A DNA stretch of 62,687 nucleotides, counting the filler. It is 5 parts of 5 records of this genome, joined end to end, with 100 filler letters (N's around TTAATTAATTAA, not from the genome) between each part and the next. Parts side by side here need not be neighbours in the genome. Positions count along the whole stretch, not along the records: positions 1 to 19,190 come from DRR378314_1009; 4 more parts are not named here. One strand, 5' to 3'. This document shows, piece by piece, positions 1 to 11,044 of the stretch. The number at the start of each line of letters is the position of its first letter. Positions within the stretch are counted from its first letter, which is position 1. Below the pieces are notes generated by a model. It had not been told where the DNA came from. It was given only the letters and a program-made list of their open reading frames with translations, and searched no databases. The position numbers and the translations under genes are program-made.

Positions 1-1382
1 GTAAGCGGTACTATCCGGCCATTAATCTTGGCACCACGGCAGCGGTGACCAATTTCGGTATGCACGCGATAGGCGAAGTCGATGGGCGTGGCAATCCGCG
101 GCAGGTCAATGACATGACCATCGGGAGTGAACACATAGATGCGGTCTGGCGCAACGTCGCTGGAAAGCCCTTCACGCAGGTCGCCAAAGCCACCCACTTC
201 ATCCTGCCACTCAAGCACTTGGCGCAACCAAGCAATCTTTTCTTCATAGCTACGGCTTTTGGCGTTGGTATCATGCCCTTTATACCGCCAGTGTGCGCAC
301 ACGCCTAATTCTGCTTCGTCATGCATAGCAAAGGTGCGAATCTGGATTTCCAGCACCTTATTTTCTGGCCCCATCACCGCGGTATGCAGTGACTGGTAAC
401 CGTTTTTCTTCGGGTTGGCGATATAGTCATCAAACTCGTTGGGCACATGGTGCCAACGCGAGTGAACAATTCCGAGTACGGTGTAGCAATCGGACACATC
501 AGGTACCAAGATGCGCACTGCGCGCACGTCGTGCACCTGGGAAAAATCAATCCGTTTGCGCTTCATTTTGCGCCAGATTGAATAAATGTGCTTGGCTCGC
601 CCATCGACGTCGTAGTGGTGAATATTCTGGGCTTCCATCAAGCTCTTAATGGTTTCCACCACGTCATGAATATAGCGATCACGATCTAAGCGCTTTTCCG
701 CCAGCAGCTTAGCAATCGCTTTGTACTCATCTTCATGCAGATAGCGAAACGATAGGTCTTCAAGTTCCCACTTGATTTGACCTATCCCAAGTCGATGAGC
801 CAGCGGCGCATAAATATCAGCCACTTCACGCGCGACTTGTAAGCACTTTTCACGGGGCGCATCTTTTACTTGGCGCAAGGCGCAGGTGCGTTCAGCAATT
901 TTGATCAGTGCAACGCGTACATCTCCGACCATGTTAACCAGCATTTTACGCAGGTTTTCCTGCTGATTGTGCTGGCTCATACCATGGTTGGGCGCTAGTG
1001 GGTAGCTAATAGCTGCCATCTGCAAAACGCCGTCAATCAGCTTAGCGACTTCTTCGCCAAACCGTTTGGTAACGGCGTCTATACTCAGCAGCCCTTCGCG
1101 AACCGCGCGATACAGCACGGCAGCCTCAAGGGTTGCTTGATCAAGCTTGAGCTCGGCCAGAATGTCGGCCATTTCCAGCCCCATTCGAAAACTTGAACCT
1201 GGCGAGAGCCACACACGGTGGGTTTGCGGCGCCTCTCGTTCCAACTGTTCAGCAAGCTCGCATGCTTGCAATAGTCGTTCGGGGTCGCGTAGGCGCACAT
1301 CCTCTTGAAGGCGCGCTAACCACTGCTGTATGTCCACCTTTCCGCTTTCGGTAAGCGGCTGGTCTTCACGCACTTTCACCAT
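1..1382 (-). CDS. relA: (p)ppGpp synthetase RelA, 3' part runs off the window
   Basis: Not in the ORF track. Both ends were translated by hand in one frame: ATG at 1382 gives MVKVREDQPLTESGKVDIQQWL..., and the window edge gives TGS-domain IYVFTPDGHVIDLP..TPIDFAYRVHTEIGHRCRGAKINGRIVPL. The gene lies downstream of rlmD, as is usual. Confidence 0.95.
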   Translation of the reverse strand, partial: MVKVREDQPLTESGKVDIQQWLARLQEDVRLRDPERLLQACELAEQLEREAPQTHRVWLSPGSSFRMGLEMADILAELKLDQATLEAAVLYRAVREGLLSIDAVTKRFGEEVAKLIDGVLQMAAISYPLAPNHGMSQHNQQENLRKMLVNMVGDVRVALIKIAERTCALRQVKDAPREKCLQVAREVADIYAPLAHRLGIGQIKWELEDLSFRYLHEDEYKAIAKLLAEKRLDRDRYIHDVVETIKSLMEAQNIHHYDVDGRAKHIYSIWRKMKRKRIDFSQVHDVRAVRILVPDVSDCYTVLGIVHSRWHHVPNEFDDYIANPKKNGYQSLHTAVMGPENKVLEIQIRTFAMHDEAELGVCAHWRYKGHDTNAKSRSYEEKIAWLRQVLEWQDEVGGFGDLREGLSSDVAPDRIYVFTPDGHVIDLPRIATPIDFAYRVHTEIGHRCRGAKINGRIVPL

Positions 1383-1403
1383 GACAATCATTCATCCTTT
1401 CAG

Positions 1404-1430
1404 GGTGACGGCTAGCCATTTTCCGTCACC
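1404..1430. other. 8-bp stem hairpin between rlmD and relA (possible processing or pausing structure)
   Basis: GGTGACGG (1404-1411) pairs with CCGTCACC (1423-1430); no U-tract. Confidence 0.4.
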
Positions 1431-1452
1431 GAGGCTTGATGCAATGGGCAGG

Positions 1453-2919
1453 CTAGCCCTCGTATTCAAATAGCATCAGCGTTTCCAGGTGAGCAGTGTG
1501 TAAAAACATATCGGCCACTGCTACTTGCTTGACGCGATAACCTGCATGCACAAGATGTGCCGCATCGCGAGCAAGCGTTGCCGGGTCACAAGAAATATAG
1601 GCCACCCGGGGTACATTGTAACTACCTAATACTTGGCAAACTGCTTCTGCGCCGCTGCGCGGCGGGTCCAGCACAATCGCATCAATTTGCTGATGCCCAC
1701 TCAATAGCATTTGCACTTTTTTGGCGTCACTTAAGTCTGCCTGCTGGGCATGCACATCCAATAGATTAGCATCAGCGTTAGCGGTAATTCGCTCCACCAT
1801 CGCTGGATTGCCCTCTACAGCAAGCACCTTTGCTCCTGCGGCGGCTAACGGCAAACTGAAGTTACCAATCCCAGCAAAGAGATCTACGAGCTGTTGCCCT
1901 GGCGCTGGCTTTAACCATGCTACCACCTGGGCTACCATCTTTTGGTTAACCTCAGCATTTACCTGTAAAAAGTCACCTGGTGAAAAACGTAACGTCACTA
2001 GGCTGGATGCTTTATCACCCGACAAACAGTGTTCACTTGAGGGTGAACTCGCTCTGTGAATTCCGAGTTCATCAAGATTAAGCACTTCTTGTAGAACGGG
2101 TGTAGCGCCACCGTGCGCACCATTCCAGTGCAAAACAGGTGTTTCCCGCCCTAACCAAGTGCCGAGCGAGACCTGCTGCTGTTCCGCAAACTGCTGCCAG
2201 CGATCCCTATCTTGATCATGGGCTTTTAACTGACGCACAAGCACGACTGTCGCCTCATCGGTCGCCAGTAATTCGACATGGCCAACGAGACGGGGCGAAG
2301 CTAATGTTGCCAGCAGTTGCCGTAACGGAAGAATCAATTTATTCAGCGCAGGCACCAGCACATGGCACTGTTCAATATCAACTAATCGGTGGCTGTTGGG
2401 TGCTCGAAACCCCAGAAGAACATTCCCCTGACCATCTACCCTAACCCCCAAACGGGCGCGACGTCGGTAGCGCTCGCTACTACCATCTAACGCCGCAATA
2501 GGGCCTAGCGTAAGGCCTTGACGCGCCATTAGCTCGGTAACAACGTCGCGCTTATGCTGGCGTTGTGCAGTAAGATTAAGATGCTGTAAATCACAGCCTC
2601 CACACTGCCCAAAGTAAGTGCAGGGTGGCTCAACCCGCTGCTCTGAAGAGGTGAGCCGGTTTTTTATATGCGCTTCGTCATACCGCTTACGCGTCACGTG
2701 TATCGCCACATCGACATGTTCACCGGGAAGCGCTTGGTCAATAAAGACTGTTTTTCCCTCGACATTATGCGCTACACCACGGCCATCATGAGCTAAACGC
2801 TCAACCACCAGCGTTGTCGAAGTATCGTCTTTTGACTCAGTTTTACGGCTTGGTTGGCGAACTAGCCCTGAGTGTCCCGAGGCGGGGCGAGATGGCCGCC
2901 GCTTACCCAACATGGCCAT
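1453..2919 (-). CDS. rlmD: 23S rRNA m5U1939 methyltransferase
   Basis: TRAM domain, 4Fe-4S motif CTYFGQCGGC, SAM motif DLFAGIGNF, LDPPR and catalytic YISC; synteny with relA. Start may be 2913. Confidence 0.93.
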   Translation of the reverse strand: MAMLGKRRPSRPASGHSGLVRQPSRKTESKDDTSTTLVVERLAHDGRGVAHNVEGKTVFIDQALPGEHVDVAIHVTRKRYDEAHIKNRLTSSEQRVEPPCTYFGQCGGCDLQHLNLTAQRQHKRDVVTELMARQGLTLGPIAALDGSSERYRRRARLGVRVDGQGNVLLGFRAPNSHRLVDIEQCHVLVPALNKLILPLRQLLATLASPRLVGHVELLATDEATVVLVRQLKAHDQDRDRWQQFAEQQQVSLGTWLGRETPVLHWNGAHGGATPVLQEVLNLDELGIHRASSPSSEHCLSGDKASSLVTLRFSPGDFLQVNAEVNQKMVAQVVAWLKPAPGQQLVDLFAGIGNFSLPLAAAGAKVLAVEGNPAMVERITANADANLLDVHAQQADLSDAKKVQMLLSGHQQIDAIVLDPPRSGAEAVCQVLGSYNVPRVAYISCDPATLARDAAHLVHAGYRVKQVAVADMFLHTAHLETLMLFEYEG

Positions 2920-3816
2920 CTATAACTCCGGGGCAAATAAGCCTGTGGAAAGGTAGCGATCGCCTCGGTCACAAACGATGAAGACAATGACCGCGTTCTC
3001 AGTTTGTTCTGCGATACGCAGTGCTCCAGCCAAGCTGCCACCTGACGACACCCCGGCAAAAATACCTTCTTCACGGGCCAAGCGGCGCATGTGGGCTTCT
3101 GCTTCTTGCTGAGCGATATCAAGGGTAATATCAACCCTTGGTGCTTCAAAAATCGACGGCAGGTACTCTTTTGGCCAACGACGAATCCCCGGTATGCTCG
3201 CACCATCCGCCGGTTGTAAACCGACAATTTGGATCGCTGGATTTTGTTCCTTAAGATAGCGAGACACCCCCATGATGGTGCCCGTGGTCCCCATTGAACT
3301 GACAAAATGCGTCACTTCACCGCCGGTTTGCTGCCACACTTCGGGCCCCGTTGTGCGATAGTGCGCAAGCGGGTTATCTGGATTGGCAAATTGGTTTAGC
3401 GGTTTACCTTCGCCTCTTGCAATCATCGCATCGGCAATATCTCGCGCCTCTTCCATCCCGCCTTCTTTGCTCGCTGACACCAATGTGGCACCGTAAGCCG
3501 CCATAGCCTGCTTACGCTCTTCAGAAGCGTTTTCAGGCATGATTAGCGTCATTTTGTAGCCTTTGATAGCAGCGGCCATGGCCAAGGCAATACCCGTATT
3601 ACCCGAGGTTGCTTCCACCAGCGTATCGCCTGGAACAATATCGCCCCGTGCTTCAGCTTCACTTAACATAGAGAGGGCCGGGCGATCTTTCACCGAACCA
3701 GCAGGGTTATTGCCCTCTAGCTTGGCTAGAAGCGTGTTATTACGACCAGCCGTTATGCGCTTTAAACGAACCAGTGGCGTATTGCCAACCACATCTTCGA
3801 GCGTCGGATAATTCAT
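2920..3816 (-). CDS. cysM: Cysteine synthase B
   Basis: GNTPLV, NPAGSVKDR (PLP lysine), TSGNTG, GTTGT, IPGIRRW. Start taken at MNYPTL. Confidence 0.95.
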   Translation of the reverse strand: MNYPTLEDVVGNTPLVRLKRITAGRNNTLLAKLEGNNPAGSVKDRPALSMLSEAEARGDIVPGDTLVEATSGNTGIALAMAAAIKGYKMTLIMPENASEERKQAMAAYGATLVSASKEGGMEEARDIADAMIARGEGKPLNQFANPDNPLAHYRTTGPEVWQQTGGEVTHFVSSMGTTGTIMGVSRYLKEQNPAIQIVGLQPADGASIPGIRRWPKEYLPSIFEAPRVDITLDIAQQEAEAHMRRLAREEGIFAGVSSGGSLAGALRIAEQTENAVIVFIVCDRGDRYLSTGLFAPEL

Positions 3817-3907
3817 CGTACATTCCTTATCATCACCATTATGCTGCATTATATCGGTGCTGCCGTTAGCTTGACAGGCAACCTCATTGAATCAACGAGC
3901 TTCTCTC

Positions 3908-6625
3908 ATGTCTTTAAACACGCGCTTACTCTTTGCGTTACTCGGGCTTCCACTTCTTGTCTATGCCGTCATGGCACTATTGCTGGTGGTGCAAAGCGAG
4001 ACCACCGGCCGTGACATGCTAGAAGAGCGCTTAGTTAGCGCTGGTGAATTACTGGCACCAAGCCTGGGTAACGCCATGATAGATGGCGACTTGCCTCGTT
4101 TGGAAGCCATTGCCAGACAGCTCCTGGAGCACAAAGGGTTACGTGCGGTGACGCTTTTCGACGAGCAAGGGAGTCGCTTATTGGTACTGGGACATTCGAT
4201 ACCTCCCCCCCCTCGCCTAAATGCCCCCAATGCTACGACACTCACCATGGATGAAGCTATTTGGCGTTTACAGGTACCTCTAACCACGTCTTACGGCCAA
4301 CCATTTAATCTCGCTAATACTGGCTGGCTTGAAGCCGAAATGGACATACGCACGCTTAAATTGGAGCGCTATAAGCTCATTGCCAGCCTTAGCTTAGGCG
4401 GCATGCTGCTTGGGCTGCTGCTTTTTTTAGTCGCGTTTGCGATCAGCCGCTACGCTACTCGTCCAATTGAAGAAGCGAATCAAGCGCTTTATCGCCTATC
4501 TCGGGGGGACTACCGGCCTTATATGGCGGCTGCCCGCCCTACCGAGTTTCGCCAACTGGCAGAGCATATCAATGGGTTAGCGGAACATTTTCGGCAAGCC
4601 CAGCATGATATGCAAAGCCAAATCGAGCAAGCGACCAGTGAACTACAAGAGTCCATGGAGACGATTGAAGAGCAAAATATCAAACTCGATCTTGCTCATC
4701 GAAGCGCACTACGCGCGAATGCAGTGAAGTCTGAATTTCTGGCTAATATGAGCCACGAAATCCGCACCCCTTTAAATGGCATCATTGGTTTTTGCCGTTT
4801 ATTAGGCCGCTCCTCTCTCGACGTTCGGCAGAAAGAATGGCTAGAACATGTGCACCGTGCGTGCGATAACCTGTTGATGCTAGTCAATGATGTGCTGGAC
4901 TTCTCGAAACTAGAAGCCGACCGGCTAACGTTAGAAGAAGTCGATATCGATCTTGTGTCGCTGATGGATGAGGTTGTTGGCCTTCATGCGCCTGAAGCTC
5001 AACGCAAACGACTGCATTTAGTGGCGATGGTTTATGACGACGTGCCGTCAGCGCTGTGCGGCGACCCGCTACGCATCCATCAAGTCCTCAATAATTTAAC
5101 CAGCAATGCCCTGAAATTTACCCAGAAGGGAGAAGTCATCATTCGTGTCATGCTGGACAGCCAGGAGGGCCAGCATGTTGTGCTGCGTATTAGCGTTAGT
5201 GACACAGGCATTGGCTTGAGCGAACAACAACAAAAGCAGCTATTTAGTGCCTTTTCCCAGGCAGATCCTAGTCACTCCAGACAGTTTGGCGGCAGTGGTT
5301 TAGGGCTGACAATTTGTAGGCAATTAGTTCAACGAATGGGGGGAGAGATTTCTGTTGATAGTGAGCCTGGAGAAGGTGCAACCTTTTCATTTACGTTGCC
5401 ACTACTTGCCGATATGACCAAGGAACGGCCACAGGAACTCTCACTCGACGGCTCAATTATTCGTTTACATGAGCCCCATCTACCCACTCGCAATGTGTTG
5501 GAACACTTAATGGAACGCTGGGGCGCAACTGCCGTCTCTTTCATTGAATCTGGCAACGAGCAACTGCTACTGCTGAGCCTAGATCATGATGACTTCAGCG
5601 GTGAGCGAAAGACCTATTGGCAGTCAGTAATTGCTCAGGCGCCCTGCCCAACACTCATCCTTGCAAACGCCACTAGCTTTGAACTGCCTCACTGGGAGCT
5701 TCCTAATGGGGGGGATATACTATGTAAACCATTTACCAGAACTCAATTGATAGCCACGTTCAAACAACTACTGGAACCTGTCGCAGCCACTATTTCTGCC
5801 AGCGCACAAACGGTTAAAGCGCTCCCTTCGTCAACATTCACGGTGCTGATCGTTGACGATAATGCGCCCAACCGCGAGCTATTAAAGGCTATGCTCGAAA
5901 ATGAGCATATCAACATTGTATTGGCTGCCAGCGGCCAGGAAGCGTTGGATTACGCGCGCCAGAACGAAGCAGACATGGTGCTAATGGATATTCGTATGCC
6001 TGATATGGACGGTGTTCAAACCACCCAGGCTTTGCGGCGCATTAATAATAGCTGGGCGCGCTGCCCAATTATTGCCGTGACCGCACACGTGCTAAGCGAT
6101 GAACGTCAGCAGTGGCTTGTGGAGGGTTTAGACGACGTATTGGTGAAGCCTATCAATGAAACTCAGCTGCAACAGCAATTTCAACGCTTCTTGGGCATTA
6201 CGCTGCCAATCAGTCCGCTGTTACAGACGTCCCCAAAAGCCCCTGCTCTTGGATATACACCGGCTCTTGGATATACACCTGCTGCGTTATCCGTCATTGA
6301 TCTTGAGCTCGGCACGCGCCTAGCAGGCGGCAACCCCGAGTTCGCCAAACAGCAGCTAAAGCGATTGATCGATAGTCTAAGTGAATGCGAACAGCAAATT
6401 CGCAGCGCTTTCGAAGAAAACAACCTGACGGTCTTGCTCGATCATGTTCATGCGCTCAATGGTGCCAGCCGTTACTGCGGAGCACCCGAGCTCGCGCTAA
6501 CGGTCGAAACGTTGGAGACACGCTTACGCACCGGGGGCTTGGAACAGGCTGAAAATTTACTTGATAAGCTGTATACCGCCATCAAACGCCTCAGGGAGCA
6601 GCGGAGCACCTTAAATCAGCGCTAG
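3908..6625 (+). CDS. gacS: Hybrid sensor histidine kinase GacS/BarA
   Basis: Two TM segments, HAMP, H-box FLANMSHEIRTPLNG, G-boxes DTGIG and GGSGLGL, receiver LMDIRMPDMDG, Hpt VHALNGASRYCG; divergent from cysM as in other Gammaproteobacteria. Confidence 0.9.
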   Translation: MSLNTRLLFALLGLPLLVYAVMALLLVVQSETTGRDMLEERLVSAGELLAPSLGNAMIDGDLPRLEAIARQLLEHKGLRAVTLFDEQGSRLLVLGHSIPPPPRLNAPNATTLTMDEAIWRLQVPLTTSYGQPFNLANTGWLEAEMDIRTLKLERYKLIASLSLGGMLLGLLLFLVAFAISRYATRPIEEANQALYRLSRGDYRPYMAAARPTEFRQLAEHINGLAEHFRQAQHDMQSQIEQATSELQESMETIEEQNIKLDLAHRSALRANAVKSEFLANMSHEIRTPLNGIIGFCRLLGRSSLDVRQKEWLEHVHRACDNLLMLVNDVLDFSKLEADRLTLEEVDIDLVSLMDEVVGLHAPEAQRKRLHLVAMVYDDVPSALCGDPLRIHQVLNNLTSNALKFTQKGEVIIRVMLDSQEGQHVVLRISVSDTGIGLSEQQQKQLFSAFSQADPSHSRQFGGSGLGLTICRQLVQRMGGEISVDSEPGEGATFSFTLPLLADMTKERPQELSLDGSIIRLHEPHLPTRNVLEHLMERWGATAVSFIESGNEQLLLLSLDHDDFSGERKTYWQSVIAQAPCPTLILANATSFELPHWELPNGGDILCKPFTRTQLIATFKQLLEPVAATISASAQTVKALPSSTFTVLIVDDNAPNRELLKAMLENEHINIVLAASGQEALDYARQNEADMVLMDIRMPDMDGVQTTQALRRINNSWARCPIIAVTAHVLSDERQQWLVEGLDDVLVKPINETQLQQQFQRFLGITLPISPLLQTSPKAPALGYTPALGYTPAALSVIDLELGTRLAGGNPEFAKQQLKRLIDSLSECEQQIRSAFEENNLTVLLDHVHALNGASRYCGAPELALTVETLETRLRTGGLEQAENLLDKLYTAIKRLREQRSTLNQR

Positions 6626-6629
6626 CCCG

Positions 6630-7007
6630 CTAGCGTTCAAGTACCACAAATGCCACCGCGTAATCTGCTTCATCACTGAGCGTTATATGAGTAGCCGAGG
6701 CGCCGCTAGCTTGAAATAGACGAAGCGCCTCACCACTTAGCTGCAGGCTTGGCTTGCCCAGCGAATCATTGAGGATCTGAATATCGCCCCATTGCATACC
6801 GCTTCTCAGGCCAAGCCCAAGCGCTTTAACATACGCTTCTTTCGCTGCAAAACGCTTTGCCAAATAGCTAACGGGCTGACCTTTTGTCTGCCACACAGCC
6901 TGCTCTTCAGGGCCTAAAATTCGCTGGGCAAAGCGTGGCCCATGACGTTTTACTGCCTTAGCAAAGCGCTCGACACGGGCGATATCCGACCCAATTCCGA
7001 CAATCAT
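6630..7007 (-). CDS. acpS: Holo-[ACP] synthase
   Basis: MIVGIGSDI, KRFAAKEA, TLSDE..YAVAFV; follows pdxJ. The N-terminal extension in the track overlaps pdxJ and is treated as spurious. Confidence 0.93.
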   Translation of the reverse strand: MIVGIGSDIARVERFAKAVKRHGPRFAQRILGPEEQAVWQTKGQPVSYLAKRFAAKEAYVKALGLGLRSGMQWGDIQILNDSLGKPSLQLSGEALRLFQASGASATHITLSDEADYAVAFVVLER

Positions 7008-7008
7008 C

Positions 7009-7839
7009 TTAGTGGCTACAGCAACCGCTATGCGTGTGTTCATCCTCGTGCTCATGCTCATGCTCATGCTCATGAGCATCTAACGCCGCCATTAATCCAG
7101 CTTCCTGACCAGCAATGATCAAGCGTTTCATTTCTTGAATCGCATCTTTCAAGCCGACAAAAAGAGCTCGAGCAATAATGGCGTGACCAATATTGAGCTC
7201 ATTAACACCCGGTAGCGCAGCAATCGCCTCAACGTTGTGGTAATGCAAGCCATGCCCAGCATTAACCACTAAGCCAGCAGAAACAGCGTGAATGGCCGCT
7301 GCACTCAGGCGCTCATATTCAGCAATAGCCGCCTCACTGCCAGGTTTTGCTTCTGCATAGGCGCCTGTATGCAGCTCAATCGTTGGTGCCCCTGCACGAA
7401 TGGCAGCATCAATTTGCGCGTTATCAGGATCGATGAACAAAGACACGTCGCAACCGGCTGCGCTTAAGCGCTCACAGGCATTGACAATAAGATCAAAGCC
7501 ACCCACAACGTCCAAGCCACCTTCGGTGGTTAGCTCTTCACGCTTTTCTGGTACTAAACACACGTGTGCCGGGCGTATTTCCTCAGCCAGCACGAGCATT
7601 TCTTCAGTGACAGCCATCTCTAAATTCATGCGCGTATTAAGCATTTCTGCCAATAGGCGAACGTCTCTAGGCTGAATATGGCGACGATCTTCACGCAGGT
7701 GAACCGTGATGCCGTCAGCGCCCGCTTCTTCTGCTAATAGTGCCGCTTGAACTGGATCAGGGTAACGAGTACCACGCGCTTGGCGTAGCGTCGCAATGTG
7801 ATCGATGTTAACGCCTAATAAAATCCGCGGAGGATGCAT
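7009..7839 (-). CDS. pdxJ: Pyridoxine 5'-phosphate synthase with His/Glu/Cys-rich C-terminal tail
   Basis: [44 protein letters not shown] before ATG 7839. Confidence 0.96.
   Translation of the reverse strand: MHPPRILLGVNIDHIATLRQARGTRYPDPVQAALLAEEAGADGITVHLREDRRHIQPRDVRLLAEMLNTRMNLEMAVTEEMLVLAEEIRPAHVCLVPEKREELTTEGGLDVVGGFDLIVNACERLSAAGCDVSLFIDPDNAQIDAAIRAGAPTIELHTGAYAEAKPGSEAAIAEYERLSAAAIHAVSAGLVVNAGHGLHYHNVEAIAALPGVNELNIGHAIIARALFVGLKDAIQEMKRLIIAGQEAGLMAALDAHEHEHEHEHEDEHTHSGCCSH
7045..7074. repeat. Hexanucleotide microsatellite CTCGTG(CTCATG)4 encoding (HE)5 in PdxJ
   Basis: Read directly. Confidence 0.9.
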
Positions 7840-7874
7840 CGCGTGTCTCCAATAAGTGATATCAAAATGCCCAC

Positions 7875-8579
7875 CTAGCGCTGTCGGCGGCGGGCCAAAT
7901 CGAGCATTAGTTCTCGGGAACGTAAAGCAGTCGCGCCTAAATGAGGCGCCAGCGCTGCCCGCATCACCGCTTTTAATGCACTTGCTAAGCCAACGGGCTG
8001 CCAATCGCCTTGATCAATATAGCGCAGCGTGCGGCCTTCGATGCCCTGCTCAGCAGGTACAAAAGCACGACTTGCGGCATCAAATCGATAACGCGTTTGA
8101 GGATCGAGCGCAGCGCCATCGTAAGTACAAAAACGCGGTGTTGCCTCTAACGTCTCCAACAGCGCCCATTCAAAACGTCGCAGCGCCAAGGCGCGGTTCG
8201 CCGGTGTTGGCAATGCCTCTAACAGCGCGCTATAAAATGCAAAAACCTCTGGTGCTGCAAGCTCCAAAGGCAGTAGACGCGTGGCTATTTCATTGGCATA
8301 TAAGCCGCAGAGCAACCCTTCTCCGGCTAGCAATGCCGTCTGGCCTCGTGACTCCATCAGCGTTAATCGCTTTAGCTCACGCTCGCCACGCCACGACACA
8401 AACAAAGGGGTAAAGGGTTGCAGCCGTTGACGCGACTTAGAACCTGGCCGCTGCCCTCCATGGGCAACAGCGCGGATACGGCCATGGTTAAGGGTTAACA
8501 AATCCACCAGCGCACTGGTTTCACGGTAAGGCCTGCGATGCAGTAAAAACGCTGGCTCTGCCGACATGGAAGCACTCAA
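7875..8579 (-). CDS. recO: DNA repair protein RecO
   Basis: [29 protein letters not shown]; rnc-era-recO-pdxJ synteny. Start 8579 or 8567. Confidence 0.95.
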   Translation of the reverse strand: MSASMSAEPAFLLHRRPYRETSALVDLLTLNHGRIRAVAHGGQRPGSKSRQRLQPFTPLFVSWRGERELKRLTLMESRGQTALLAGEGLLCGLYANEIATRLLPLELAAPEVFAFYSALLEALPTPANRALALRRFEWALLETLEATPRFCTYDGAALDPQTRYRFDAASRAFVPAEQGIEGRTLRYIDQGDWQPVGLASALKAVMRAALAPHLGATALRSRELMLDLARRRQR

Positions 8580-9475
8580 TCGAGATCGTAACCCAAGCTC
8601 TTTAATGCCCGCTCGTCATCAGACCAGCCGCGCTTCACTTTCACCCATAGATTGAGCATTACCTTGGTACCCAAGGCACGCTCCATATCCAGGCGGGCTT
8701 CGCGACCAATGCTTTTAATACGCTCGCCATTCTCACCGATCAAGATCACCTTTTGCCCCTGACGCTCGACCAGGATTAAGGCACTGATATGGGTCACACG
8801 CTCGGTTTCACGGAACTCTTCGATTTCCACGGTCATTTGATACGGCAGTTCATCACCCAGCTGACGCATGACTTTTTCACGCACCAACTCAGCCGCCATG
8901 AAGCGCAAGCTCTTGTCAGTGATTTGATCTTCCGGGAAAAAGTGAACGCTCTCTGGCAAGTATTTGGCAACTTCCTGTTCGAGCGTATCAACTTGGGTGC
9001 CATGTTTGGCAGAAATAGGCACAACCGCAGCGAACTCACGGCGTGCACCCACTTCAGCTAACCAGGGTAACAAGTCACCTTTATCGTTTAAGCGATCTAC
9101 CTTGTTGACCGCTAGAATCACCGGTGCTTTCACGTGTTCAAGCCGCTTTAGCACGGCTTGGTCTTCATCCGTCCAACGGGTGCGGTCAATAATAAACACC
9201 ACACAGTCAACATCACGTAACGCCTGTGTTGCCGCTTGATTCATAAAACGGTTGATCGCTTTATTGCGGTCTTTTGACATGATGTGCATGCCAGGCGTAT
9301 CAACATAGATGAACTGTGTCTCTTCTACCGTCTTAATGCCCATTACCTGATGCCGCGTGGTTTGAGGGCGACGCGAAGTAATAGAGATCTTTTGCCCTAG
9401 AATCCGGTTCATGAGGGTTGATTTGCCTACGTTGGGCCGCCCAACGATGGCCACGAAGCCGCAGGTTTGACTCAT
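8576..9475 (-). CDS. era: GTPase Era
   Basis: [18 protein letters not shown]-terminal KH domain. Confidence 0.98.
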   Translation of the reverse strand: MSQTCGFVAIVGRPNVGKSTLMNRILGQKISITSRRPQTTRHQVMGIKTVEETQFIYVDTPGMHIMSKDRNKAINRFMNQAATQALRDVDCVVFIIDRTRWTDEDQAVLKRLEHVKAPVILAVNKVDRLNDKGDLLPWLAEVGARREFAAVVPISAKHGTQVDTLEQEVAKYLPESVHFFPEDQITDKSLRFMAAELVREKVMRQLGDELPYQMTVEIEEFRETERVTHISALILVERQGQKVILIGENGERIKSIGREARLDMERALGTKVMLNLWVKVKRGWSDDERALKSLGYDLD

Positions 9476-10164
9476 GACTTGTCTCCAGGTGTTTTTTCAA
9501 GGTGGAATAGCGCTTCTTCAGCTGCCTGTTGTTCAGCATGGCGGCGGCTGGGACCTTTACCAGTGGTATGCTCGGTTAGCAAATCAATGTAGCACTCCAC
9601 GGTAAAGGTCTGGGCATGCGCCTCCCCCTTTACAGAGACTACTTCATAGCGTGGCAACGCTGCCTGACGCGATTGCAAAAATTCTTGCAAACGTGTTTTG
9701 GGATCTTTCTGGGTATCTTGTAGCGAAATATTTTCAAGCCGCTCGGCGTACCATGCCAGCACACGTTGACGAACTACGTCCATGCCCGCATCTAAATAAA
9801 TAGCGCCAATCACAGCTTCTACTGCATCAGCCAAAATGGATTCGCGGCGATGCCCGCCGCTCTTCATTTCTCCTGAGCCAAGCCGTAAGCATTCGCCGAA
9901 CTCCATTTCTCGAGCCAACTCAGCCAATGTCTGACCTTTTACCAAACGCGCTCTAAGACGTGATAACTGTCCTTCCCTAGCCTGAGGAAAACGTTGGAAA
10001 AGCGCCTCAGCGATTACAAAATTGACGATAGAGTCACCCAGAAATTCCAGGCGCTCATTGTTACGACCACCGTAGCTACGATGGGTCATGGCCAGTTCCA
10101 TCAGCGTAGGGTCACCGAAGGTATGGCCGATTCGTCGGCAAAAAGCGATTAAGGAATTACTCAC
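9472..10164 (-). CDS. rnc: Ribonuclease III
   Basis: [10 protein letters not shown] signature, ds[15 protein letters not shown] overlap with era. Confidence 0.98.
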   Translation of the reverse strand: MSNSLIAFCRRIGHTFGDPTLMELAMTHRSYGGRNNERLEFLGDSIVNFVIAEALFQRFPQAREGQLSRLRARLVKGQTLAELAREMEFGECLRLGSGEMKSGGHRRESILADAVEAVIGAIYLDAGMDVVRQRVLAWYAERLENISLQDTQKDPKTRLQEFLQSRQAALPRYEVVSVKGEAHAQTFTVECYIDLLTEHTTGKGPSRRHAEQQAAEEALFHLEKTPGDKS

Positions 10165-10225
10165 AGTGCTCCTACGTCGTTGACGTTAACTAATATGACA
10201 GCATTAACAATTTCTAAACTATTTT

Positions 10226-11029
10226 TCATTCAATACGCCGCACACTGGTAAAGCTAGGCAAGCCACCGTCCCAATGCATCCAAACGGCAAACGCTCTTCC
10301 AACAATATTATCTTCAGGAACAAACCCCCAATAACGGCTATCGTTGGAGTGATCACGGTTATCACCCATCGTGAAATAGTGCCCATCCGGAACAACCACT
10401 TCACGCATCTGGGGCCCAGGATCACGGGGGTTATTATATATATAGTGGCTAACGCTACCTAATTGCTCTTCCAATAATAGCTGTTGCGGCGAAAGTTCGG
10501 GGCCTTCTTCAATCAATGCTTTAGTAACTGGCTCACCGTTAACATACAGCTGTTTTCCTTCATAGCGAATACGGTCACCCGGCAAACCAACCACACGTTT
10601 AATAAAGTTGACCGACGGCTCCTCTGGAAAGCGGAACACCATCACGTCGCCGCGCTCGGGATCATCAACTTCTAAAAAACGGCTGTGCAGCACCGGTAAT
10701 CGCAGGCCATAGGCAAACTTATTCACCAAGATAAAGTCACCCACTTCAAGCGTCGGCTTCATTGATCCAGATGGAATTTGAAACGGCTCAATAATAAAAC
10801 TACGTACGACCAACACCACCAGCAGAACTGGAAAAAATGAGCGTGAGTAGTCAATCGGCCATGGCTCTTTGAGCAACGTCTCTCGAGTCGTTCCATCCAG
10901 GCCTTCCGTGGTAGCTGCTTCAGCAGCGGCCAATCGCTCACGCCGCTTAGGTCTCAGCCAAAGCACATCCAGCAAATATATTGCCCCAGAAAGTGCAACG
11001 GCAATCACCAGTAATAATGAAAAATCCAT
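10226..11029 (-). CDS. lepB: Signal peptidase I
   Basis: IPSGSMKPTL, FIKRVVGLPGD, GDNRDHSNDSRYWG. Confidence 0.97.
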   Translation of the reverse strand: MDFSLLLVIAVALSGAIYLLDVLWLRPKRRERLAAAEAATTEGLDGTTRETLLKEPWPIDYSRSFFPVLLVVLVVRSFIIEPFQIPSGSMKPTLEVGDFILVNKFAYGLRLPVLHSRFLEVDDPERGDVMVFRFPEEPSVNFIKRVVGLPGDRIRYEGKQLYVNGEPVTKALIEEGPELSPQQLLLEEQLGSVSHYIYNNPRDPGPQMREVVVPDGHYFTMGDNRDHSNDSRYWGFVPEDNIVGRAFAVWMHWDGGLPSFTSVRRIE

Positions 11030-11044
11030 GTGGGGTAAGTATCC

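Noticed and set aside
11..1300. Short ORFs suggesting a fragmented gene
   Set aside because: They are shadow or alternative frames of relA, which the track missed because it runs off the window.
6630..8004. Long N-terminal extensions on AcpS and PdxJ (likewise LysE, Lrp and the Gate protein)
   Set aside because: They overlap neighbouring genes; downstream starts match the family N-termini, most with a clear RBS.
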